A stretch of 63,093 nucleotides of DNA, filler included, from Kipferlia bialata (Eukaryota): NCBI GenBank assembly GCA_003568945.1. It is 5 parts of 5 records of this genome, joined end to end, with 100 filler letters (N's around TTAATTAATTAA, not from the genome) between each part and the next. Parts side by side here need not be neighbours in the genome. Positions count along the whole stretch, not along the records: positions 32,365 to 48,423 come from BDIP01000639.1; positions 48,524 to 58,360 come from BDIP01000656.1; 3 more parts are not named here. One strand, given 5' to 3'. The notes below the pieces were generated by a model. That model was not told where the DNA came from. It was given only the letters and a program-made list of their open reading frames with translations, and made no database searches. Every line of letters starts with the position of its first letter. Positions within the stretch are counted from its first letter, which is position 1. The translations under genes and the position numbers were made by a program. Positions 40,301 through 53,409 of this stretch are shown piece after piece.

Positions 40301-42513
40301 AGGGGCAGGAATTGAGAAGGTACCAGGATTTGTATTCCGGTGACTGCACTGATACCCCCTGAGAATACCCATGCACACAAATGTAAACATATGCCTACAT
40401 GCTTCTGCCTTGCATCTAGGACGGAGCCGCTGGGGGAGTGGTCATAACATACTATGAATATACACAATATGGTATATACTACTCATATGTATTATTCATA
40501 CATACTTACCTCTAGGATGGTGCCTCAGGTGGTGTTGTCATGACATACTATCATTGCATGTACTGTTTTGTCTATACATTGTATATTGTATCTATTTTGT
40601 ATATTTACATTCTAGGACGGTGCCTCAGGTGGTGTTGTCATGGCAGACTTTGCCAACGAGTGGATAGGGGGAGGGGCTAGGTAACATATACACTCACTCA
40701 CCCACATATATACGATTATTGTATATATGTATCAGGTTATGTGTACTTACTCCTAGGCGCCGGGGATGCATGCAGGAGGAGATCTCATTCCTTCATGTGT
40801 ATGTATATTAGTATATACTTAGTGTATGGTATTCAATTGGCTACTGATTACTAGGAGCCGGGGCTGTGTCCAAGAGGAGATCATTTTCCTATATATATAT
40901 ATATATATATATGTGTGTAAATATGTGATTATTCTATATATATTTTATACTATGCCACTTACTCCTAGGAGTAGGGGCTGTGTGCAGGAGGAGATCCTCT
41001 TCCTGCTGTACCCTGAGCTGTATGCCACTATGCTGGTGTCACCCACTGCAATGGGAGATAGGGAGGCTATTCATGTATCAGGTACATATACTATATATAC
41101 TGTAGTGTAAATATGTATTAGTATATGCTGGTGTCACTGCTATGAGTGATAGAGAGGCCATACACGTGCTCTGTATAACTTGTAAACTATTCTGATATCC
41201 AGGCATGACCCGCACTGGTATTCACTCTGGGTATGGCTGGGACACCAAGTATGTGGGGCCATACAAGGAGCAGACACCACTCAAGACATGGGGAGGTAGG
41301 CCTGTGAGGTGGGTGAATGGTTGAATCCTATTCATGTATTCCATAGGTTTGTGTGATACCTCTGACATGCGACAACACCTGTATGTAACGATTTACCCTA
41401 TTGTAGTTATATGTCAACTCCCAGGGATACACATCTGACTGCCTTTGACGCACTGATGCTGTTCAGCCTCAGTCAGAAGGTAAAGTAATCATCATATATA
41501 GGATAGAAACATACTAGATTCCAGTAACTGGATTCGCATGTATTTTGTCAACTTCGTGAGGCAATTATCATCACCTTTAGAAAGGCCAGCTTCGTCCCAC
41601 CCCGATGCAGAGAGAGATCGACAAGGCCACGATAGCATTCCAGACACCCAGTCTCAAGTGAGTAGATGCGTACCTAGTAGTACTATCCATCTGATAAATA
41701 GAGTAATAATGTATCCCCATCCCCACACTAAGTCAAATACTAAAGATGGACCGGAGACAAGGCTAGCTATTCCTATATGTCTGTCATATGTCTGTCATAT
41801 GTCTATCATATCTTACTCTCAGGAAGTGCATCCTCAGCCCCCCCGAGCCCAAGGGATACACCCTCCCCCCTGATCAACCACTACTTGAATACCCCACCAC
41901 AGTAATCACTGGGAACTGGGGATGTGGGGCATTCGGCGGTAACAGAGGCATGTCATCATTTGCATATGTTTACTCTAATAGACTTCCAATATTAGAATCT
42001 GGACCAATGTCTTTCAGAACCTATTGATACCAGGCGTGAAGCTTCTTGTACAAGTGGTAGCAGCAGCTAAGGCCGGGCTGACCAAGGTATATATCTAAAG
42101 TCATTTACACGCTGTGTATATGGGTACTATAGCATGCTAACTCAGGTTGTGTACTGTCCCTTCAGTGCCACAGAGCTCATGGAGGGCCAGGCACTGCTAG
42201 ACCACTGCCATCAGGGGAAGGTATGTAGGAATGAGTCTATATCATATTGAATCTATATGATTGTGTGTCTCTTACCACATTAGTGAGGCACATGCAAACT
42301 CCCAGTATCAAGTCAATGACCATTGAGTCAGCTGGCACCGTTATCATCCGTGGATATGGTCTATATTGTGATTTTGTATTGTAAAACTCACCCTAGATCA
42401 CTGCCTCCCAGCTGCAAGATGCTATTGAGTCTGCTAGGAGATCCAACAAGCTCTATGGTACAGTGGAGTGTGAGGTGCTATTCCCTGCCGTGCTTGCGGA
42501 GCTTGCGAAGTGA
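37046..42513 (+). CDS. PARG: Poly(ADP-ribose) glycohydrolase (canonical macrodomain-type PARG)
   Basis: ADFANEWIGGGAR|SRGCVQEEILFLLYPEL (GGG-x-QEE catalytic loop), SGYG, AFDAL, REIDKA, TGNWGCGAFGG, KLLVQ..AA. Confidence 0.95.
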
Positions 42514-42985
42514 GTACGAGATATACATGGAGAGAAATGGATTTACAGTGGACTGATTGCTCTACTAGGCATAGTAGTTCGGACAGTTTGAGTTGCTGTT
42601 CAGATCATAATACTCTATTTGGAGACATAAAACGCAAGACAGTAAACACCAGACAGTAAACGACTCACTATTTATACATGCTTCTTCTCAGGGTAGTAGA
42701 ATTACTCGTCAAAGCATATATGTCATGTCCATCTAGCCTCCACTATGAGCAAGGATACGAGAAAGAATCAACCAAGTCACAGTGAGGAACTCAACCCATC
42801 AGGTGATGTCACGCGACTCGGTCTCTGGAAGGACTAGGAACCCAAGGAGCTCAGAGTGATCATTACGGCGACCTGTATCACGTGCCGCGGGATATGAGTG
42901 TGGAGTCACATGGACTCAAGATTTGAGGGATCATCACATAGATTCATGCGGACGTGCTCTAAAGTGTTCATTTTCCTAGTTAGGA

Positions 42986-43665
42986 TCACGCACCCTCTCC
43001 CGCTGTCTCCCTCTCCCTCTGTTTCTGTGCCTCTATCCCTCTGAGTCTGGCCAGTTCCTTCTGCTCCATGTCCCTTGCTCTCTTCTGATCCCTGGCCATC
43101 ACCAGGCGGTGCTTGCGGCCCTGAAGATGAGACACACATAAGGAAGAGTATATATACACTCAAGTGTGGCAAGAAAACACTGTGTATACTGGTAATGAAC
43201 TGTATAAACGTAACAGGCTGTAATGTAACTGTACATTCCCACCTGCTTGTGTGCGTCTAGGTTGACCTTTGGCACAACCAACCCACACTCACATGTCACG
43301 GCAGAACTGTCACAGGTCACCCTAGGAATAAGAACAGCCATCGATGTACTACAACACACGTAATAGTACATATGTATTCCATTATACCTTGTTAGGGGAG
43401 GTGCCTGCATCAGGGCAGGAGGTGTGGCCAGGAATGCACGCACTGCCTCCATGCCCCTCTCTCTCTCCCCCTCAGCGATGGAGAGAGACGTGACACACTC
43501 AGAGGGGACCATCCTGGGGTGAGATATATAGGGGGAGTATATATAATATATATATAGATAGAGTGAGAGAGTGAGAGAGGGTGAGAGACGTGACACACTC
43601 AGAGGGCACCATCCTGAGGTTAATAGTCGCATACTAATTAGTGTATATATATAGCGACAGAGGGA

Positions 43666-43697
<32 letters not shown>

Positions 43698-46448
43698 GGC
43701 GACACACTCAGAGGGAACCATCCTTAGGAAAGAAGTATATATGGTATAGTAATATAGAGCATATATATAATATATAGAGGTGTGTGTATGAGTCAGAGGG
43801 GAGGGGGAGGTGACACACTCCGAGGGGACCATCCTGGGGGATAAGATAGTATAACTGAAAGGAGAGAGAAATTGTGTGTGTATGTGTGTGTGGCGACGCA
43901 CTGTGCCTAGAATGTATTGTTCGATACCGACACAATATGAATTGCATATGTATACCTCGCCAGCCTCTTTGCCCACTTCCGCTGGGACTTGGCATATCTC
44001 AGGGTGCCTGGGGTGAGTCTACATCAATACTAATGAGAACACATACATATCATATAGCACCTGCCACCACTGCCTGTAATATCACATATGTATACAGAAT
44101 GTATAGTATACAGTATATAGTATATAGTATACATATTACCTGCCACCACCGCCTGTGTCCCCATCTGAGCCTCCCTGTACCCTGCCTCACTTACAATGGG
44201 GGGTACACCCTCTGCACCCTTAATACTCAGGGATGTGTATGGGACATGGTCTGCCAGTACATCAGACACCATCCTGCACCACAGGGACCGCAGGGTCTGT
44301 CTGTCGCTCTCTCTCTCCCCCTCGGAGAGAGTAGTAAGCCCAGCGGCCAACGCTGCATTGATGTCTGAGTTGCACTGGACCCAGGCGGGGAGGAGCTCCT
44401 AGAGGGTGAGAATCAATATATAGCCAATTATATAGCACAATGAACTATACATATACCATTATTACATATAATGTTATTTACAATGTTATTTATAGTGTTA
44501 AGTGTATGATATACGATGTCTGAGTTGCACTGGACCCAGGCGGGGAGGAGCTCCTACCAAGTAAGATGTCTAATGCAGTGAACACTCGGGTTCATATGTA
44601 ATACACACCATAGTATACATATAGTATACAAATTAGTATACCTTAAGTCCGATGGCCTGTAGGGGACCCAGGCACTGTACATCGGTCCCATAGGTGTCTG
44701 GGGGGTAAGGTAAGTATATGATATGGACAATCATGATTGATGTATATATATATATACATATATACATATATCATAAACATATATATACCAGGCACTGTAA
44801 ATCGGTACCATAGGTGTCTGTGGTAAGGTTAGGGCCCCCCGGAGCATCATGTTCATCCATATCCATATATACAATACATATATATACGTATATACCTAGA
44901 ACACTGAATGCTTCACTGAGCATCTCCCCCTTCAGCATCATGTCCACTCATATACACACACATATATATATATATATACAATACAATATAGTATATACCT
45001 AACACACTGAATGCCTCACTGAGCATCTCCCCCTTCAGCATCATGTCCACTCATATACACACATATATATATATATATATACAATACAAATACAATACAC
45101 ATATATATATATACACATATACCTAACACTCCAAATGCCTCTGCTAGCATCTCCCCCTTCAGCATCATGTCNNNNNNNNAACACTCCAAATGCCTCTGCT
45201 AGCATCTCCCCCTTCAGCATCATGTCCACTCTCAGCTGGGCACGGGGGGGGAGGGCATCACCTGAGAGTGAACAGATACACAATATATGTAGTGATACAT
45301 CTATATACACATACATACCTGCATCTAGCACCAGCACATGCAGTGGGAAGGGGGCTGTGTCCCTGATGCCACGGTGGGTGTCCCTGATATCAGTATAACA
45401 GTCATATACACACACACATATATATATACGTAATGACTATACGTGTATATATATATATATACGTGTCCCTGATGCCACGGTGGGTGTCCCTGTGCTAAGA
45501 AATATAGGATACACAGAGAGACATATACATCATCCCACAAATACCAACAGAGGAATTACTGAGAGAGCTGTGTCACGGTGGGTGTCCCTGGGGTAAGAAT
45601 AGCAATGGTAAAGGATATTGATCATCTTGATGAAATATACTGAGCTGTGCCACGGTGGGTGTCCCTGGGGAAAGGGTATTATATGTATATACATATAAAT
45701 GTATATACATATATATGTATTCAGATATGAATACGTATTTCAATGGTAACGTTACCTAGCCCCCTTTCTCTTGTCCCCACTGAATGACTGGCTGGCCTCA
45801 ACGGAGTCGGCATCGCCTAGTGATTAGAGACAGTTGAGTAATACACATATCTATATATATCTATACATAAGTATTCATACACATACAAATATTCATCTGT
45901 ATACATAGAGAGAGTGACTGACAGGCCTCAACTGAGTCGGAATCGCCTAAATGTGAGAAATACTGTGACATATATGAATGGATGTATTCAGAGATGGAGA
46001 TGACATTGTGTGTCACCTGCACTGATGCTGCATATCATATATTTGTATATATATATATATACATCAATCTCTTCTATGGAGTATGTCCATCAATCTAACC
46101 ATACATACATACAATATAATATAATATATAATATCACTAGTTGCATTGATGAGGTATGCAGCAGAGTTGAATGTGCACGACAACTTAACTGTATTTATAC
46201 TATATTTATATATATGTCCATGTCTGTATTTAAATCTACACATATATACATTGTACCCATACCTGCACTGATGAGGTGTGCATAGTAGAAGGTTTCGTAT
46301 TCTAAGGCAGTATTTCACCCCATTATTAACCTCTCTCTCTCTCTGTGTATATACATATATATATATACTCACCTGCACTGATGAGGTATGCGGCATAGTA
46401 GAATGTGTACAACAACTACATGGTATACATCAATGATGTATATCTATC

Positions 46449-46480
<32 letters not shown>

Positions 46481-47188
46481 GAAAGATACCTGCGCTGATG
46501 AGGTATGCTGCATAGTAGAATGTGCCACCCACAAACAGGGGGACATGGCCTCGGGACCGGATGGCCTGGGGGTGAGAGAGATGTGTATATATACAAACGG
46601 ATGGCCTGGGGGTGAGGGATGAATAAATGATTTCAAAGACTAAACACAGGTTTATAGTCTAGAAAATGGAGTGTATGACCGGATGTCCTGGGGGTGAGGG
46701 ATGTATAAATACGGGCATACAGTCAACGTAGTTAAGCCTCTTCTTACGCCGAGTATAATACTTAGATTAGTACATGTGTACCTTTACCACCGTCTCCACC
46801 TCCTTCTCCCACTGTCTGACAGACCATGTCTCTAGGGAGTATACTATATACCCTATACATATACTAGTATATATATGCATACATGCATATATACCTTGAC
46901 CACAGTCTCCACCTCCTTCTCCCACTGTCTGACAGACCATGTCTCCAGAGAGTGTCTATCCTGGCAGGACAGAATGTCAAACAGGTGGTGGGGGGCCTAG
47001 GGTTACATAAGAGAGAGAGAGAGAGACCGATACTATTATCCATACCCCTGCCCTCTCCTCTGGTGTGGGTGCCGCAGACAGTGTGTCTATCCCACTCCAT
47101 ATCTGCATGGAGTCACAGTTGACAACCTCTAGCCCATAACGCTGGCAGAGCTCAATGCTCAGGGAGGTCTTGCCTACAAGTCAGAGGG

Positions 47189-47222
<34 letters not shown>

Positions 47223-47660
47223 TAATAGGGCTCAATGCTGAGGGAGGTCTTGCCTAGAGGTTAAGGGAAGGGGGGCCCGGGGGGGCAGAGAGAGAGAAAG
47301 GGAGAGAGAGAGTGATAGAGGGGACAGAGCTCAATGAGGGAGGTTTTGCCTTATCAGTGAGAGGGGGGGGGGGGAGACAACAGAACACACCTGTAGTGTA
47401 AATTATATCAGGGTGCCATACACTGAACCCAAGAGATAGAGGACACTGTTGCTGTATGACATGAAGAAGAGTAGGACATGAAGAAGAGTAGGACATTGTT
47501 GCTGTATGCCATGAAGAGTAGGATCAGGGGAGAGAAGGGAGGAGGGGGGGGGCGCGATACAGAAGGTCATTCTCAACAGAACACATGTATACACATACCA
47601 CACACCTGAAGCTGTGGTTCCAAGCAGAAACACCACTGGGTCTTTCCCACTAGTCGCCAT
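42986..47660 (-). CDS. TRIT1: tRNA dimethylallyl(isopentenyl)transferase with C-terminal zinc finger
   Basis: LLGTTASG|KTSLSIEL, EVVNCDSMQIW.GID..SA.P..EE, PHHLFD, PLFVGGTFYY, LQAIGLK|E, TLRYAKSQRKW, C-terminal TCECG...AHKQ|GRKH. Confidence 0.93.
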
Positions 47661-47893
47661 TGGTGCATGTATAGGAGTAGGCGACCTCATTTCAGCTTTG
47701 AGTCTGAGGTGAACCCTTTGGTACCGAATCTCTTTTTGGCAATCAATGCCGTGAATCAAGCGTTGATCTCACCCTCTCTTCTGCCGCACCCCAACTGTGT
47801 AGCCTCCCTTCTAGACCTTCTAGAGCAACCTAAATCTTCTAGCACACCTAGAAATCCCATAGACCCGTGTGTATCTGTGTATAGTGACTAGAG

Positions 47894-48369
47894 ATGAGTG
47901 CCCAGCAGACATTCATGCAGACACTGCTCAAGTGGTCTCTGGCCAACAGTGACAGCCAGGTGCATACACACTCATATCTGTTGTATTGTAGCTAGTATTA
48001 CTATTAGTCCTAACATCCCAGACATTCGATAGCGACGCCGCTGCCCTGGACCCAGAGAGACAGGTATGATACCTCTCTCTCTCTCTCCTCTTCTGTAGGA
48101 GAGCCTCTCATTGCTATTCCACAATGGCCGATGTACAGGCAGATATCTCTCTGTACTCATATGTGTGTATGTCTTGTGAGTCATCATCCCCCCCCCCCCC
48201 ATCTGTTATGATGGTATATATTGTAATACCTCACATCCAGGCCTGGCTGGAGGGTGCCATGAACCAGATGGTCACAGACGGGGCCACGCTCATGAAGGGT
48301 GCGATGTACATGTATCACAGGATATCTATATGTCTATCTATATATATGTATGTAGGTGTCCTTGGTCCA

Positions 48370-48417
<48 letters not shown>

Positions 48418-48423
48418 CCCCCC
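47894..48423 (+). CDS. FES1: Hsp70 nucleotide-exchange factor Fes1/HspBP1-like, N-terminal fragment
   Basis: MQTLLKWSLANS...LDPER|QAWLEGAM...D.ATLMK resembles the Fes1 N-terminus (LLKWSI.NS); truncated. Confidence 0.65.
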
Positions 48424-48523
48424 NNNNNNNNNNNNNNNNNNNNNNNNNNNNNNNNNNNNNNNNNNNNTTAATTAATTAANNNNNNNNNNNNNNNNNNNNN
48501 NNNNNNNNNNNNNNNNNNNNNNN
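48424..48523. other. Artificial contig spacer
   Basis: N44-TTAATTAATTAA-N44. Confidence 0.98.
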
Positions 48524-48608
48524 GCCATTGTCAGATTTACACAGTATGTGCATATAGTGGACTCCCCCCCCCCCCCCCATTTCTCTCTCCGACCCAGGGC
48601 ATATACCA

Positions 48609-48648
<40 letters not shown>

Positions 48649-48660
48649 CTCACCCCTCAG

Positions 48661-48759
48661 GCCATGTACCAGTCTGTGTCCCAGACCCCTATTAGTATGG
48701 ATGTGTTCAGAAAGGTGATTGACAGGGAGAAGGAGAGGGACAAGCGGAAGGGGCGGTAG
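48661..48759 (+). CDS. Last exon of a 5'-truncated gene (AMYQSVSQTPISMDVFRKVIDREKERDKRKGR*)
   Basis: Typical acceptor ctcacccctcag; a partial echo (gacccag|ggcatatacca) lies upstream at ~48591. Confidence 0.5.
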   Translation, partial: AMYQSVSQTPISMDVFRKVIDREKERDKRKGR

Positions 48760-49327
48760 GTACAGATAGAGACAGAGAGAGGGACGCCACAACACCCGAA
48801 GTGCGGTCTAGGCATATATATGTCGGGTAGTCCCTGTACCATGATCAATTGATGAATTGATTGATGTTGATCAATTGAAGTTGATGAGATGATTGATTCA
48901 TTGACAAGAGTAGACACATGCACGGAGAGAGCATCGCCTTAGCTCAGCCCACTTCCACAGTGCATAGTGTATCATAGTGTAGCCTTAGCAACGTTTTGTG
49001 TATGAGTGTATCTCCAGACACGCCGTATTTGTGAGTCTGGAAAACCAATAGATAAGGATAGTTGAGTCTATTGTAGAGATTATCACTGTTTGAATATACG
49101 TGTTATTAGTGTAAGTACTTATGTTCGAAGTGCCGCTCAGTATATATATGGTACTATCATTCGCACTCCAACGGGGTCTATTCTGACAATGCACATCTCT
49201 CGCCTCACTAAAGAATATGATAAGTAGTAAATGAATAGGAATGAGGCAGAGAGACTGGATAACACTGATACAAACAGACACAAATACGTTGTCAACACAC
49301 GACGTCATTGATGATTGTCATAGTATG

Positions 49328-50821
49328 TCACTCCCCCTTCCTGGCCCCCTTGCCGCACACCCTCCTGTACACACTCCCCAGACCGAAGAAGTAGGAGGTG
49401 TGCAGGTGGTGGAGCAGCATCTCCTCGTGGGGCTGGAGGGTGAGGGGATAGTATATATGGAGTGTATATGGCATAGAGAATATCTGTCCATATGGTATAT
49501 ACATATATATACTAAGGTGCAGAAGCATCTCCTTGTGGGACTGGAGGGTGAGGAGGAGGTGCATGCATGCAGGGAGAACGGCGACATTCCATATTCATGT
49601 ATATAGTACAGTATTCATATAGTATGTACACCCACACACATACACCCACCTTCATCGTATGGGGCTGGGGGGTGAGAGGGGAGAGTATGTGTAGAGTGTA
49701 AAGGGAATAGATAGTATCTGTCCATATGGTATATACATATATATGCAAAGGTGCAGAAGCATCTCATGATGATGGGCTGGTGGGTGAGGAGGAGGTGTAT
49801 GTATACAGGGAGAACAGTGACATATACATTAGTGTTCATGTATGTAGTATTCAGACACATACACACACACATACACTCACCTTCGTAGCCACGCCCCCAA
49901 ACCAGTGTACGTGGTATTGATAGTATTCATACAGTATAGTATACATATACTACACACCCACCTTCATCGTAGCCAGGTGCCCCTGGTCTATCCTGTACAC
50001 CCTGAACCTGGGGGTGCCATTCAGGAAGGACAGCAGAGCCTTGGAGGATGCAGAGGTGTATGTCACACTCTCACTGGCACTCTGCTCACTCTCGCTCTGC
50101 TCCTGTCTACACTCAGAGGTGCTCTCCTCACGCTGCCTCTCCCTTTCTCTCTCCCTGTCACGTTCTCTCTCCAGTGATGTGCGGCGTACTACACCGTGGG
50201 CCTCCAACTCACGCTGTCTCTTCTTGGTGTCCTTGGGGTGAGGGGTATATATAGTGCAGATAATCAATATGTATACTGTCTCTGAAGGTGAGGGAGTAAG
50301 AAAGGAAGGGACAATCATATGGGTGTGATTAGCGCTCTCAAGAAACATAAATGAGTATATTTGAGTATGTGTGAATACTATACCCCGTACCTGCTTAGCC
50401 CTCTTCTTGACCATGGCCTCCCTTACTCATATATATAAACAGGTATATATATATATAGTAACATAATTACTATATAATACTATAGACGTGGATCATCACA
50501 ATACCCTGTACCTGCTTGGCCCTCTTCTTGACCATGGCCTCCCTTACTCATATATATAGACAGGTATATATACATATACCGGTGTGAGTGAGAGAATACA
50601 ATAGTAATAGCAATAAGACAGTACCTGCTTGGCCCTCTTCTTGACCATGGCCTCCCTGCCCTTCTGGTACTTGTACATGCCCAGCCAGCTGTCAACGCCT
50701 GTAGTATGAGAGATGGTATGATTATACATATATGGAGAGAGAGACAACTGTCAACGCCTAGAGGGGTCAGAGAGGGGAGGGAGAGAGAGAGTGTGTGTGT
50801 GTGAGAGAAAATAAAGAAAAA

Positions 50822-50853
<32 letters not shown>

Positions 50854-53358
50854 TAGTACCTGGCAGGGCGAAGCATATGTGGTACAGGTCGCCAGGGGGG
50901 AAGAGGGAGAGGGGGCTGGTCAGGGGGACCTGGGGTAAGTGAGAGATACACACAGAGAGAAAGAGAGAGGACTGGTCACATATACACACACAAGTGTATC
51001 CATACCTGTGACCTCAGCACCATCTGAGCCGCAGTGGCATTGGCCAGCTGGACCTGAGTGTAAGGGAGGGGGGGTGGGGGGTATATAGTATATACACATT
51101 ATGTATATCAAGGAAATATGATATCAAAGGGGGACGACCTGAGTGTAAGGGGAATATATGATGATACATAGATTAGATGGATGGGCATGAGATACGGCGG
51201 GGCTATTGACTCCTATATTGAGGGGAATTATCAGCACACACACACACCTCCTTGACGGCCCTGCTGAATGCCTGTCCGTCCATGTGATCCATGTCAGAGG
51301 AGTGATTGGATACAGGCTGCGTGATGGTGTAGCGACGCATGAGGGGAGGGGGAGGGGGGACAGGGAGATACTGGGGTCAGCATGGGCCGATAGTGGGGAC
51401 GCAGAATTCATGGAGACGTAATAGAATACAGTGTGTTACTCTACGTGGATACATAACACATAGTACCCACCTCGAGGCCTGTGACGCTACTCCTTCTGGC
51501 CAGGTTCCGATGCTCGGCCTCTCTCTCTCTCTCTCGCTGTCTCTCACCCTCACCCTCTGACGCGATCTCTCTCTCCCTCTCTCCCTCAGTCTCTCCCTCT
51601 GACTCTTCGACCTCTTCCTTCACAAGGATGGAGGCACTGTCAATGTAGCCTGGGGATCAACAGAGTATAGAGTACAAACTATCGCATTCAATGTGATACT
51701 TCTACATATTATGTTTCCATTAACCCGTGGTGGTGATAGGGATACACACAGGGAGAAGGGAACTACAATCTACTAGTATCACACCAGATGCCAGTGGCTC
51801 TGTGTCACTGACCTATTGCAGACTAGTACTCATACAGTTGTATCCAGTCACTATGTTTGCATATATATGTGTGTATGTGTCCATACCTGATGCCAGTGGC
51901 TCTGTGTCACTGACCCCTCCCTCCTTGATGGCAGGGAGGGTACTACTGGTGACACGCTTGGGTTTAATGGGCTCGGACTGGGCTACCTTCCTGCCCTGGG
52001 GGTTAGTATACAAGGAAGTGAATATATATGAGTTTGTAACTGTATGAGAACGTGCTCCGTTACATAGGTGTATCATGATATTGACCCCCATACCTTGATG
52101 TGGGATGCCAATCTGTTGAGTATTGGCATATATGAATCTGTATATCTTCTGTTATGCACCAATATATATATGTATGTATATATATATATACATATGTCAT
52201 ACCTTGATGTGTGACGCCAGTCTGTTGAATACAGTTTTGTAAGAAACTATGGATCCCCTGTCATTCACTAATATATATATATCACTATATATATTAATGT
52301 ATCATGCCATTACCTTGATGTGGGATGCCAGTCTGTTGAATGTGTTGCGCAGGGAGAACTTGACAACGCTGAGGGGTGAGGGGGGGGAAGGGGATAGAGT
52401 TACAAGAGACTATATATATACAATGAGTCTAAATACACATACCAAATATATATGTAGCAGTCCACCTACCCCACATGGTTCTCTACATCTCTATAACAAT
52501 ATGCATACATCACCCACCCTGCATGGTTCTCGAGGTCAACGGCCAGGCCAATGGTGTTGTGCACACTCAGTCGACTGGGGGGTGAGGGGAGGGGGGGGGG
52601 TGTGTGTAGGTCTCTCTACATACAGGTATATGCCAATACATAAAGCCACGTATCAACATGAACCTCTAAATACACATGCCCACACCCACCTGAACATGTC
52701 ATACTGGAACACACAGTTTGTGCAGAAGGATGCCATCTCTCTACACAGGGCATAGCTGGCTATGCAGGGGGTGCCTACTCCATAGCACGTGGTGGAGGGG
52801 TACACCTGGGGGGAGAGGGTGGGAGAGATGCATACACTCTATACACTATATGCACAACAACACAACACTACCCCCCATACCTCTCTGAGCAGCAGTGCCA
52901 GGAGGGATGCCACGCCAGACCCCAGGGAGTGGCCAACACAGACCTGGGGGGTGAGACTATTATACATACTACTGTATAATGCCCATGGACTGTGCAGACA
53001 CATACTGAAAGCCAAGAGTGATAGCAAGGTAGTCGATATGCGTAAGTAAGAGTATCTATATACATCTCCCCCTCGTACCAGGTTGTACACGGGGTATCAG
53101 TATCAATATCATAGCAGAACTGCCCTATATACTCATATACATACACCAATATCCGTACCAGGTTGTACCCCGGTACTATCATATAGTAGTATCATATATA
53201 ATTATACATATATATCCATCTCCCCCGTACCAGGTTGTACCCGGGGTATGCCTCCAGTAGTGCCCCCAGGTATGGCAACAGGTCATAGTACAGCATGGAC
53301 GCAGAGGCCAGCATGCCTGGGTTACGGTATAAGGTAGACACAGGAAATGTACTAGCAG

Positions 53359-53409
<51 letters not shown>

